The notes: a model not told the origin generated them from the sequence alone. A DNA stretch of 38,756 nt from a virus (IMGVR_UViG_3300046779_001253:1-38756); one strand, 5' to 3'. Numbered from the stretch's first letter, positions 1 to 7,518 are shown. Program-made: numbers and translations.

Positions 1-127
1 CGAATGGTGATGGTCTGTTTGTAGCGCGCCACCAGTTCTGATGGCGTGAGGTATTGCGTATTTCCAGGCATGTCATTTACCCCGTTGTCAAAAGACATTT
101 ACACCCCCATTTGTCTCGAAATTTGGA
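1..127. repeat. Terminal direct repeat, identical to 38630-38756 (circular assembly overlap)
   Basis: Exact 127-bp match between the two contig ends; it cuts through the xis and AAA ATPase genes, which join across the junction. Confidence 0.95.
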
Positions 128-1086
128 TTGCCGATATTAGACGGTTGATCATTTTCCACAGGCTGATCGCTCGAATTGAGCGCCGCGATAGCGTCGGGGG
201 TCGGCATTGCCCCTGCTGCTTTTCTACCTTCGTCGAATGCCGCTGCGGAAGCCTTCAGCTGTTCTTTGAAGTTATCGCCCAACACCTTGCGGATATTGGC
301 AGGCGTGGCCATCCATGCTGCCTGAAGCGCCGCCAAACCTTGTTCGGTCACGTTCAGCAACAGACCGCGGTGGTGTTCGATGGCTGGATCCACCTGTTCG
401 GCGCCGTCCACCCACTTGCGCAGCTGCTGGCCTTCTTTGACGCCGATGTAACCTTCACCACGGCCAAGCACCGATTGCAGTTCAGCTGGGCACTTCAGCA
501 CGTCCTGGCTGTAACCCTGGTTGTGCATCATCAGGCTGACGGTGGCTTCGTAACTGAAGTTCTTTTCCTGGATCGGCTGAATGCCCAGCTTGATCGGGTT
601 TTTGGGGTCGGTGAAGTCGACCTTTTCGCGTGCACGGGTGCAGGCAATGATGTGCGCCGGCGACTGCAGCATGTGCGTCATGAAGCGTTTGTGCAGAGCC
701 TTGGCGCGTTTCCAGTCGGGGAAGCGCGACTGGTTTGCGATCCATTCGCAGCCACCCTCAGATTCCCATTCGTGCGTCACGCTGTCGATGACGATCACTT
801 CGGCACCGGCACGGCATGCAGCGTCGATGGCTTCGATGTATCGGTCTGGGCTGAACGGCGCGTAGAAGTCCAGTTTGTTGAACTGCGCTTTGCCAGGCAG
901 TATGTCGGCATACAGCGAACCGCGGCGGTTTTCGGTGTCGATCAGCACGACCTTGCTGGCGTCTTTGCCGGCAAGGCCGAACGCCAGCTGCAGTGCGGTG
1001 TAGGTTTTGCCGGAACCGGATGGACCCGACAACTGGATCAAGAGGCGTGCGCCTTGGCGCTTTGCTGGGACGATTTCAAATGACAT
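88..1086 (-). CDS. Sak4-like AAA ATPase (AAA_24 family), putative ssDNA-annealing recombinase
   Basis: Walker A GPSGSGKT, LIDTE motif, Walker B VIVIDSVTHEW; lies in the early recombination operon. Confidence 0.85.
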   Translation of the reverse strand: MSFEIVPAKRQGARLLIQLSGPSGSGKTYTALQLAFGLAGKDASKVVLIDTENRRGSLYADILPGKAQFNKLDFYAPFSPDRYIEAIDAACRAGAEVIVIDSVTHEWESEGGCEWIANQSRFPDWKRAKALHKRFMTHMLQSPAHIIACTRAREKVDFTDPKNPIKLGIQPIQEKNFSYEATVSLMMHNQGYSQDVLKCPAELQSVLGRGEGYIGVKEGQQLRKWVDGAEQVDPAIEHHRGLLLNVTEQGLAALQAAWMATPANIRKVLGDNFKEQLKASAAAFDEGRKAAGAMPTPDAIAALNSSDQPVENDQPSNIGNPNFETNGGVNVF

Positions 1087-1102
1087 TTTTTGCTTTCAAG
1101 TA

Positions 1103-1426
1103 TTAGGCCGGATGGCCAGGTTTAGGACATGGGAAATTTGTGGCGCCGGCTGCGATCACGAACCGGTCAGCGCCCTGGTGGCGGCGTTCCGGCATCTTTT
1201 CGAGCAGCTGGCGCGTAAGGTCGCGGGCTTGGTTCAGCGACACGTTTGGCGGTGGACAAATCAGGACGCCCATGTAGGCATCCCAGACGCCGGCCACGTA
1301 CCCAAGCGCCGCCATTTGGTCGAGTGCATCGCCTTTCATGCGTTGCAGCAACCGGTTGCCGTCGTAAAACTCTGCGTGCGCCGAGGTCGCGGACAGCATG
1401 GCCAAGGCCATCACTAGGTGTTTCAT
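1103..1426 (-). CDS. Secreted Rap1a/Tai-family immunity-domain protein
   Basis: Signal peptide ending SAHA; motifs GNRL, GYVAGVWD, ICPPPNVSLNQ, PERRH and terminal FPC fit the Rap1a pattern. Confidence 0.75.
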   Translation of the reverse strand: MKHLVMALAMLSATSAHAEFYDGNRLLQRMKGDALDQMAALGYVAGVWDAYMGVLICPPPNVSLNQARDLTRQLLEKMPERRHQGADRFVIAAGATNFPCPKPGHPA

Positions 1427-2874
1427 GCGGCCACCTGAGTGGCTTGCACTGCGTTGTCATTGGCTGGCGTCAGAACCGCGGCGTTAATTCGCGCGCCAAT
1501 CCATCGCACCACAGGCACGGCCCAGCTGTTGCCGAGCGCCTTATATCGCGGCCCGTCTGGTGCTTCGGACGCCTTGCGCCATGGAATGTTGGTGTAGTTG
1601 TCGGGGAAACCTTGCAGGCGTTCGCATTCGACAGGGGTTAGGCGGCGCACAGCCATGTCCACCATGACCGTTGGCCCGCTTGCGTTGATGCTGCTGCCAG
1701 GTGTGCCCATGGTGGCGGCCACATCGCCTGTGATGCTGCCGTTGTAGCAGTCAGTGCCAATAGCCTGCGCCACCATCACAGTCGGCCCAGTTCCTGTGCC
1801 ATCAGACCTATGCGTCAGCGGAACAGCTACATCACCTGTTATCGCGCCATTAAAAATGTCGGTGCCAACAGGCTGCATTACCGCCGTCGGATTCTTTGCG
1901 CCCATTGATGGCGCCAAATCTTCAGTGCTGGCGTGCTGAGTGCCTGACAGGTTGGCTGGGAATGCGATAGGCATCACAGCCAGATCCTTCGCGCTTTTGT
2001 AGTCACGCGCTGCAAGCGTTGCGGCTACCGGTGCCGTTCCGTATTCACCAGACGATTGGAAGTCGAACGTTTTAGTGATCAGCGCTTCGCATCCGTTTCC
2101 AAGGTCTTGGCCAGTTTTTAAGAGTGTGGCGGCTGCGGTGTCGTTTGTGTAGGCACCAATGCCTGCGCAACTGAAAGCAGCGCCTGTTCCAGAGCCGGAG
2201 GCAGCTTCTTCCCACGTTTCTCTGCGCGGCGCAGTATCCCTGCGCACGCCTTCGAACTCAAAAAGAACCGTGACGGGATCAAAGTCGTTTCTAGCACTTG
2301 CGACAACGAACACACGGCGGCGTCGTTGGGCCACTCCGAAATATTGGGCATCGAGGACGCGCCACGCGACTGTTCTTTGAGGACCAAGCACAACACCTGC
2401 GTTCGTCCATTTGTCCCTTGGCGGCTGTATTGGTAATTCTTCGCCGGCAAGTTCTGCCAAAAAGCATCCAAAGGCATTGTCTTTGGTGTTGAGAACTCCT
2501 GGGACGTTTTCCCAAAAGATGATTCCTGGAACAAGTCCAGCGTGTAAGCGTCGTTCATCGATTGCATTTGCGATTTCACAGAAAGTCAAAGAAAGGTTGC
2601 CGCGCGCATCGTCCAATGACTTGCGCTGGCCAGCAACAGAAAACGCCTGACAAGGCGTGCCACCACAGAACAGGTCTGGGGCTTCGACTTCGCCAGATCG
2701 AATGCGATCTGGCAGCGTGGTCATGTCACCAAGGTTTGGGACATCAGGGTAGTGGTGCGCCAGCACGGCGCTGGGGAATGGTTCGATCTCAGACAGCCAG
2801 GCGGCTTTCCAGCCGAGTGGATGCCAAGCGACAGACGCCGCTTCAATACCAGAGCAGACAGATCCGAACTTCAT
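1423..2874 (-). CDS. C5 DNA cytosine methyltransferase (large subunit)
   Basis: Motifs SVCSGIEA, GGTPCQAFS, WENVPG, QRRRRVF, RRLTPVECERLQGFP, YKALGNS; ATG at 2874 overlaps the upstream stop (ATGA). Confidence 0.95.
   Translation of the reverse strand: MKFGSVCSGIEAASVAWHPLGWKAAWLSEIEPFPSAVLAHHYPDVPNLGDMTTLPDRIRSGEVEAPDLFCGGTPCQAFSVAGQRKSLDDARGNLSLTFCEIANAIDERRLHAGLVPGIIFWENVPGVLNTKDNAFGCFLAELAGEELPIQPPRDKWTNAGVVLGPQRTVAWRVLDAQYFGVAQRRRRVFVVASARNDFDPVTVLFEFEGVRRDTAPRRETWEEAASGSGTGAAFSCAGIGAYTNDTAAATLLKTGQDLGNGCEALITKTFDFQSSGEYGTAPVAATLAARDYKSAKDLAVMPIAFPANLSGTQHASTEDLAPSMGAKNPTAVMQPVGTDIFNGAITGDVAVPLTHRSDGTGTGPTVMVAQAIGTDCYNGSITGDVAATMGTPGSSINASGPTVMVDMAVRRLTPVECERLQGFPDNYTNIPWRKASEAPDGPRYKALGNSWAVPVVRWIGARINAAVLTPANDNAVQATQVAA
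2118..2579 (-). CDS. Nested +1-frame gene within the MTase, resembling an M.EcoHK31I beta-type subunit
   Basis: 153-codon same-strand ORF containing EWPNDAAVCSLSQVLE...FLSSKACAGILRRAEKRGKKLPPALEQAL; start codon uncertain. Confidence 0.7.
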   Translation of the reverse strand: MKSQMQSMNDAYTLDLFQESSFGKTSQEFSTPKTMPLDAFWQNLPAKNYQYSRQGTNGRTQVLCLVLKEQSRGASSMPNISEWPNDAAVCSLSQVLETTLIPSRFFLSSKACAGILRRAEKRGKKLPPALEQALLSVAQALVPTQTTPQPPHS

Positions 2875-3716
2875 GCCGCCACCTGCGCGTTGTCGTTGGC
2901 GGCCTTCAGTGCCCATGCTGGCACACCCAGCGGCGTCACGTCGGTGGTGTAACCTGGCCAGCGGTCAGCGGCCGTGCAGTCAGCCAAGATGCCCAGCAGC
3001 CGGCGATATTCGCGGCGGCCCATGTCGAGCATGGTTTCGTCGGCAAAATAGAACGCGCAGGCATAGGGCGCCGACTTTTCAAAGGCTGCGAACACGAACG
3101 CATCAGGACGCTGGCCAGTGGCCTGTTCGATGCCGTCCACGTACCAGGCGGCCTGCACCCAATAGCGGAAATTCCACGCCGACTTGGCGAAGCCTTCAGC
3201 GCTGGCGTCTTCGGTCGACTTCAGGTCCACGATCAGCGGCAGGCCGAGCCAGTCGGGACGGCATTTGCACAGCAGGCCGGTTTCTTTGTCGGTCCAGTAC
3301 GCCGACAGTTCTGGCGTGCCGTTTGCAAATACTTTGCGCGCTGTCGGGTGTTCACGCACCTGGCGGCTGATCGCCTGGCAGGTGGCGAAGTCGTCGGCGC
3401 TGATCAGATCCGCACCAGCGGCTTCAGCATCGGCCACAAACTGTTCCCAAGTGGCTTTGCCATCCTTGGTTCGGCGGTCGACCTGTGGCGCGACCATGTG
3501 GCGTTTTGGGAATTCGTCGGGTTCCAGCACCGCGGTGTGGATGGCCGTGCCCAGCTTCATGGCCGGCGTCGGTTCTTTGCGTTCGCGGTTCGGGTCAAGA
3601 TACTTCGACCAGTAGTGCAGCGGCGAACGCGCAAGCACATCAAGGCCAGATTTAGAGATCCCAACGCCACCGTGATAGTCGTCGTTTGAAATCCCAGAGT
3701 AGATTCCTGTTTTCAT
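2871..3716 (-). CDS. RecE/exonuclease VIII-like PD-(D/E)XK nuclease (DUF3799)
   Basis: ISNDDYH, ISKSGL, GTAIHTAVLEP, KCRPD, IVDLKST, YWVQAAWY motifs. Confidence 0.9.
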   Translation of the reverse strand: MKTGIYSGISNDDYHGGVGISKSGLDVLARSPLHYWSKYLDPNRERKEPTPAMKLGTAIHTAVLEPDEFPKRHMVAPQVDRRTKDGKATWEQFVADAEAAGADLISADDFATCQAISRQVREHPTARKVFANGTPELSAYWTDKETGLLCKCRPDWLGLPLIVDLKSTEDASAEGFAKSAWNFRYWVQAAWYVDGIEQATGQRPDAFVFAAFEKSAPYACAFYFADETMLDMGRREYRRLLGILADCTAADRWPGYTTDVTPLGVPAWALKAANDNAQVAA

Positions 3717-3818
3717 TTATTGCCAATCCTTTCAAAGTTCACGGCAAGTCACCGCGTTGCTGATTATTACATCGGATTACTGTGCAGACGGAATTTTTAT
3801 TCGCTATAGTGTCGCGTA
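3717..3818. promoter_or_regulatory. Divergent early control region with a rightward -10 box TATAGT (3805-3810)
   Basis: Short AT-rich gap between divergent operons; the -10-like hexamer is 8 nt before ATG 3819. Confidence 0.55.
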
Positions 3819-4043
3819 ATGACCACACAAAAACTACAGCAAACGAATGACAAAGCCGAAATCCACTGGCGAATCCGTGAACTGGCGGTAAGTGCGCGCA
3901 CGTCCGTTTCTGGCCTGCTGCGTGAAGCGCGAATCAGTCCGGCCACCGTCCACCAGTGGAAAACCGGCCAATGCCAGCCACGCGCCAACACCATCCAACG
4001 ACTAAACGAAGCGGCCGAGCGGCTGCGCGAAAGAAACGCATGA
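3819..4043 (+). CDS. Small XRE/Cro-like HTH regulator
   Basis: 74 aa with HTH pattern SVSGLLREARISPATVHQWKTGQCQP; first gene of the rightward operon. Confidence 0.8.
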   Translation: MTTQKLQQTNDKAEIHWRIRELAVSARTSVSGLLREARISPATVHQWKTGQCQPRANTIQRLNEAAERLRERNA

Positions 4044-4144
4044 ACTACATCAGCGCACTGGCATCGTTCGTAATCTTCGCACTGCTTATCGGCACATGGC
4101 TGCGCGTCGTCTGGTGGGGCTTCATCATGTGGGGGCCGCTGTGA
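4040..4144 (+). CDS. Small hydrophobic membrane peptide (34 aa)
   Basis: MNYISALASFVIFALLIGTWLRVVWWGFIMWGPL; ATGA and GTGA overlaps with both neighbours. Confidence 0.6.
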   Translation: MNYISALASFVIFALLIGTWLRVVWWGFIMWGPL

Positions 4145-5505
4145 GCCTGCGCCCATACCAAACCGAAGCCATCGAGCAGCTGCGCAACGCGTACCGCGAA
4201 GGCTACCGCGCGCCGATCCTGTGCGCGCCAACCGGCAGCGGCAAGACACACACCGCAGCCACCATCATCCGGTCAGCTGTCAGCCGTGGGCACACCGTCT
4301 GGTTCATGGCGCACTTGCGCGAGATCCTGACGGCCACCAGCGCCAAGCTGACAGCCGAAGGCATCGCCCACAGCTTCATCATGGCGAACCGCCAGTGCGA
4401 CCCGTTCAGCCAGGTGCAGGTGGTCAGCGTGCAGACCGCAGCACGGCGCCTTGGCATGCACCGAAAGCCGAACCTGATCGTCATTGACGAAGCGCACCTG
4501 GCCGTGGCCAACACCTACCGGCAAGTGATCGAGGACTGCGGCAGCCCGCTGCTGCTGCACCTGACAGCCACACCGGTGCGCCTAGACGGCCGCGGCATGC
4601 GCGAGGTGGCCGACACCATCGTGCAGACGTGCGGCACGCAAGATCTAATCGACATGGGCATGCTGGTGCCCATTCGGTATTTCGCACCCAGCAAGCCAGA
4701 CCTGACAGGCGTGGCCACCATTGCCGGCGACTATGCGCAAGGCCAGCTGTCGACAGCCATGAACAAACCCACCATCACCGGCGACGCGGTGAGCCACTAC
4801 CGCAAGCTGGCGCACGGCCGGCCGACCGTGGTGTTCTGCACATCGGTCAAGCACGCCGAAGACACGGCAGCCATGTTCAACGGTGCCGGCTATCGTGCTG
4901 TGGCCATCAGCGGCAGCAGCGACCAAACAGACCGCGACGCCGCGCTGGTCGACCTGGCAGCCGGCCGCATCGACGTGGTGGTGAACTGCCAGCTGTGGGT
5001 CGCCGGCGTCGACTGCCCAGCGGTCAGCTGCATCATCCTGTTGGCGCCCACCAAGTCGGTGACCAAGTACCTGCAAAGCGTTGGCCGCGGCCTGCGCCTG
5101 CACCAAGGCAAGACCGACTGCATCGTGCTGGACCACGCCGGCAACGCACTGCACCACGGCCTGCCGGCCGAGGCACGCGAATGGTCGCTGGATGGCGTGA
5201 AAAAACGCACCAGGTCGGCCGAAGCCGTCGAGGCAGTGCGCCAGTGCGAACGGTGTTATTTCGTCTACACGCCAGCGCCCGTGTGCCCGAATTGCGGCCA
5301 CGCGCATGTGGCCAAGCCCAAAGTGGTCGCACAAACCGAGGGCGAACTGGCCGAGATCACCGCCATCAAGCGCGAGAAACGCCAAGAGGTCGGCCGCGCC
5401 AGCACGGTCGAGGAACTGAAAAAAATCGCTGAACAGCGCGGCTACAAAATGGGCTGGGTCTGGCAGCAGCTGCGCATCAAGTCGTCAAGGATGCTGAACC
5501 GATGA
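4141..5505 (+). CDS. SF2 DEAH-box helicase with C-terminal zinc finger
   Basis: LRPYQ, APTGSGKT, IDEAH, TATP, QSVGRGLR, CERC...CPNCG; GTG start overlaps the upstream stop. Confidence 0.92.
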   Translation: MSLRPYQTEAIEQLRNAYREGYRAPILCAPTGSGKTHTAATIIRSAVSRGHTVWFMAHLREILTATSAKLTAEGIAHSFIMANRQCDPFSQVQVVSVQTAARRLGMHRKPNLIVIDEAHLAVANTYRQVIEDCGSPLLLHLTATPVRLDGRGMREVADTIVQTCGTQDLIDMGMLVPIRYFAPSKPDLTGVATIAGDYAQGQLSTAMNKPTITGDAVSHYRKLAHGRPTVVFCTSVKHAEDTAAMFNGAGYRAVAISGSSDQTDRDAALVDLAAGRIDVVVNCQLWVAGVDCPAVSCIILLAPTKSVTKYLQSVGRGLRLHQGKTDCIVLDHAGNALHHGLPAEAREWSLDGVKKRTRSAEAVEAVRQCERCYFVYTPAPVCPNCGHAHVAKPKVVAQTEGELAEITAIKREKRQEVGRASTVEELKKIAEQRGYKMGWVWQQLRIKSSRMLNR

Positions 5506-5813
5506 CCTGCTACCCACGCTGCAACCACATGCGCGTGCTCATGCACGAAGGCCGCGAAACCTGCACCTGGTCCGAGGAATGGAAGCTGGAATGCGAAGCC
5601 AGCGCCGTGCTGTCCATGCCGCTGCAACAGCGCCGGCGATACCTGTGGGGTTATCACAACACAAACACCGGAAAATTCGTGAAAGGCATCAAAGATATTC
5701 GAGGCGAGGCCGCGCTGGCGGTTTTGCAAAATAGAATCCGTGACCTGTTTAACGCAAGGAACAACAAGAGCGGAGACGCCCAGCCGCAGGTGGCGCGTAA
5801 CAGCGGCAGCTGA
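5502..5813 (+). CDS. Phage hypothetical protein
   Basis: ATGA-coupled to the helicase; contains SEEWKLECEA...RRRYL. Confidence 0.65.
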   Translation: MTCYPRCNHMRVLMHEGRETCTWSEEWKLECEASAVLSMPLQQRRRYLWGYHNTNTGKFVKGIKDIRGEAALAVLQNRIRDLFNARNNKSGDAQPQVARNSGS

Positions 5814-5873
5814 TGATGGTGAACTCCTTTCCGCCATGCGTCAGCGGACACCCAGGAAAGACTGGGATTTTTT
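5783..5873 (+). ncRNA. Candidate three-hairpin structured RNA with an anti-SD loop, ending in a terminator-like hairpin
   Basis: GCCGC/GCGGC stem; GCTGATGATGGTG/CGCCATGCGTCAGC stem with loop AACTCCTTTC; CCCAG-GAAAGA-CTGGG followed by ATTTTTT. Confidence 0.45.
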
Positions 5874-5897
5874 AATCAATCAATTGAGGACCATTAC

Positions 5898-6206
5898 ATG
5901 GCAATCACAAAGAAATACGACATCGCAGTCAAGACCGGCAGTTACACCGACAGCCAAGGGCAGCCCAAAAACCGCTACATGAACATCGGCGCGGTGATGC
6001 AAGGCGACAACGGCCCATTCATCCTGCTGGACCCCATGGTCAACCTGGCGGCCGCACCACGCGAACCAGGCAAAGACCGCGTGATCTGTTCGCTGTTTGA
6101 ACCACGCGCAGCTGATGGCCAAGCGCCGGCCGCAGCACCACGCCAGGCACCTGCACAGCGTCCAGCGCCAGCGCAGCAGCCGATGGATGACGACATCCCG
6201 TTCTGA
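5898..6206 (+). CDS. Short SSB-like ssDNA-binding protein
   Basis: Beta-rich N-terminus, Pro/Ala/Gln linker and the SSB-type acidic tail DDDIPF; GAGG RBS upstream. Confidence 0.75.
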   Translation: MAITKKYDIAVKTGSYTDSQGQPKNRYMNIGAVMQGDNGPFILLDPMVNLAAAPREPGKDRVICSLFEPRAADGQAPAAAPRQAPAQRPAPAQQPMDDDIPF

Positions 6207-6213
6207 TGATCAA

Positions 6214-6273
6214 GGGGGAAAGCGGATGCCGGCCCTGTCCTGGGCGCAAGCCCGTCGGTGCAGCGAGTACCCC
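6214..6273 (+). ncRNA. Candidate structured RNA with a loop-E-like internal loop and GNRA hairpin
   Basis: GGGG-GAAA-GC ... GC-GAGTA-CCCC closure enclosing GGGC-GCAA-GCCC; intergenic. Confidence 0.4.
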
Positions 6274-6284
6274 ACCAACACACC

Positions 6285-6611
6285 ATGACCATGACCGAAA
6301 AACACTGCGGAACCTGCGCGCTATTTGGAAGCGCTGAAGCTGCCAAATCGACATGCGTGCGCTGCTTAAACGGCAATGCGTACGAAGAATGGCGGCCTAC
6401 AAAGTCGGCCAACGACACCCAAGTTGCCGGCGACCACTACAAATCCAAGGCCATCCAGCCATGGGACTACATCGTCAGCAACGAACTTGGCTACCTGGAA
6501 GGCAACGTTGTCAAGTACGTGAGCCGCTGGAAAGACAAGGGCGGCATAGACGATCTGCGCAAGGCGCGGCACTACCTGGACAAGCTGATCGAAGTGAACA
6601 CACCGAAGTGA
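6285..6611 (+). CDS. DUF3310 (SaV / T7 gp1.7-like) protein
   Basis: QVAGDHY, GYLEGNVVKYVSRWKDKGGIDDLRKARHYL; N-terminal CxxC pairs; start may be 6291. Confidence 0.85.
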   Translation: MTMTEKHCGTCALFGSAEAAKSTCVRCLNGNAYEEWRPTKSANDTQVAGDHYKSKAIQPWDYIVSNELGYLEGNVVKYVSRWKDKGGIDDLRKARHYLDKLIEVNTPK

Positions 6612-6952
6612 GTGAAGCCGCCATCCAGCAACGAATCAGACTGGCTTTGAGCCAGTCGGGTGCTGTCATGTTCCGCAACAACGTGGGCGCCTACAAAGAC
6701 CCAAACGGCCGGTTCATCCAATACGGCGTGGGCAACCCTGGCGGCAGCGATCTGATCGGCTGGACGCCCGTGGTGATCACACCAGACATGGTGGGTAGCA
6801 AGCTGGCCGTGTTCACCGCCTGCGAAGTAAAGACCGCCAACGGTAAGCCCACCGAACACCAGCTGAACTTCATCGCGCAAGTATTGAAAGCCGGTGGATT
6901 TGCAGGAATTGCACGATCACCTGCCGACGCTGTTGTTATTTTGCGACATTAG
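6608..6952 (+). CDS. VRR-NUC domain nuclease (putative resolvase)
   Basis: SEAAIQ, FRNNVG, GGSDLIG, EVKT...EHQLNF; GTGA overlap with the upstream gene. Confidence 0.85.
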   Translation: MSEAAIQQRIRLALSQSGAVMFRNNVGAYKDPNGRFIQYGVGNPGGSDLIGWTPVVITPDMVGSKLAVFTACEVKTANGKPTEHQLNFIAQVLKAGGFAGIARSPADAVVILRH

Positions 6953-7040
6953 GGTTTGTCCTAAGTAAAATACCCAAATTCTTTGGCATACTTCAGTTCA
7001 TGGACAGCGCGGTGCTGCCCAACACTGAAAGGACCAAGCC
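6950..7040 (+). promoter_or_regulatory. Putative internal promoter/operator region
   Basis: AT-rich gap with inverted repeat TAGG-N6-CCTA (6950-6963), a CATACT -10-like box and an AAGGA RBS before 7041. Confidence 0.35.
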
Positions 7041-7226
7041 ATGTTGCAAGACTTAAACCCCACCACACGCTGCTATCCACGCACCGAGGACGAAGCGTTC
7101 AACTATCGCAACGCCATCGAAGGCCCCTACACACCAGAGCCAACATCGAGCATCGACGCAGAATTCTGGGTGCAGATCACGCTGGCATTCGCTGCCGGTT
7201 TCTTGGCCTGCCATTTGTGGGGTTGA
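7041..7226 (+). CDS. Small hypothetical protein with C-terminal TM helix
   Basis: RBS present; PTTRCYPRTEDEAF motif; hydrophobic C-terminus. Confidence 0.7.
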   Translation: MLQDLNPTTRCYPRTEDEAFNYRNAIEGPYTPEPTSSIDAEFWVQITLAFAAGFLACHLWG

Positions 7227-7228
7227 TC

Positions 7229-7432
7229 ATGACCGGCATCACCGACCCCAGCCTGCGCGCTGACATCGACCACATCGTGGCCCAGCTGCTGAAGCGCGAA
7301 ACCAGCAGCATGATCGACAAGCTGCACCTGGCGCGCATGCTGAAAGACGCAGCCTGCGCCGGCGTGCTGTCCGGTTACGCTGCCGGCGCCAAGGCCGAGC
7401 GCAAGCGCCACCAACAGCAGGCGGCAGCATGA
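7229..7432 (+). CDS. Hypothetical protein
   Basis: Begins MTGITDPSLRADID; tightly packed in the operon. Confidence 0.65.
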   Translation: MTGITDPSLRADIDHIVAQLLKRETSSMIDKLHLARMLKDAACAGVLSGYAAGAKAERKRHQQQAAA

Positions 7433-7518
7433 CCTGGCCATTCCCGCAGCAACCAATACCGACCGGCGGCAAGCCACCGAGGTTCAACCCTGACAACCTA
7501 CCCGACGCACCTTTATGA
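7429..7518 (+). CDS. 29-aa Pro-rich peptide (not in ORF track)
   Basis: MTWPFPQQPIPTGGKPPRFNPDNLPDAPL; ATGA overlaps at both ends. Confidence 0.6.
   Translation: MTWPFPQQPIPTGGKPPRFNPDNLPDAPL

Noticed and set aside
1-127. 127-bp terminal repeat as a biological DTR
   Set aside because: The length equals a common assembler k-mer, it interrupts genes, and the terminase is a cos-type; best explained as circular overlap
46-1083. 345-aa plus-strand ORF
   Set aside because: Antisense shadow of the AAA ATPase with no motifs; expected in GC-rich DNA
5810-5860. Hammerhead ribozyme (CTGATGA ... GAAA present)
   Set aside because: Stem II does not close directly between the two core strands and no stem I/III with a cleavage triplet fits; the alternative hairpins pair better
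6353-6607. N-terminal extensions given in the ORF track (VRR-NUC from 6353; also 4096, 26083, 32608, 34279, 34896, and 2916 and 35850 on the minus strand)
   Set aside because: They overlap upstream genes extensively; downstream starts at or next to the upstream stop codons match the domain boundaries
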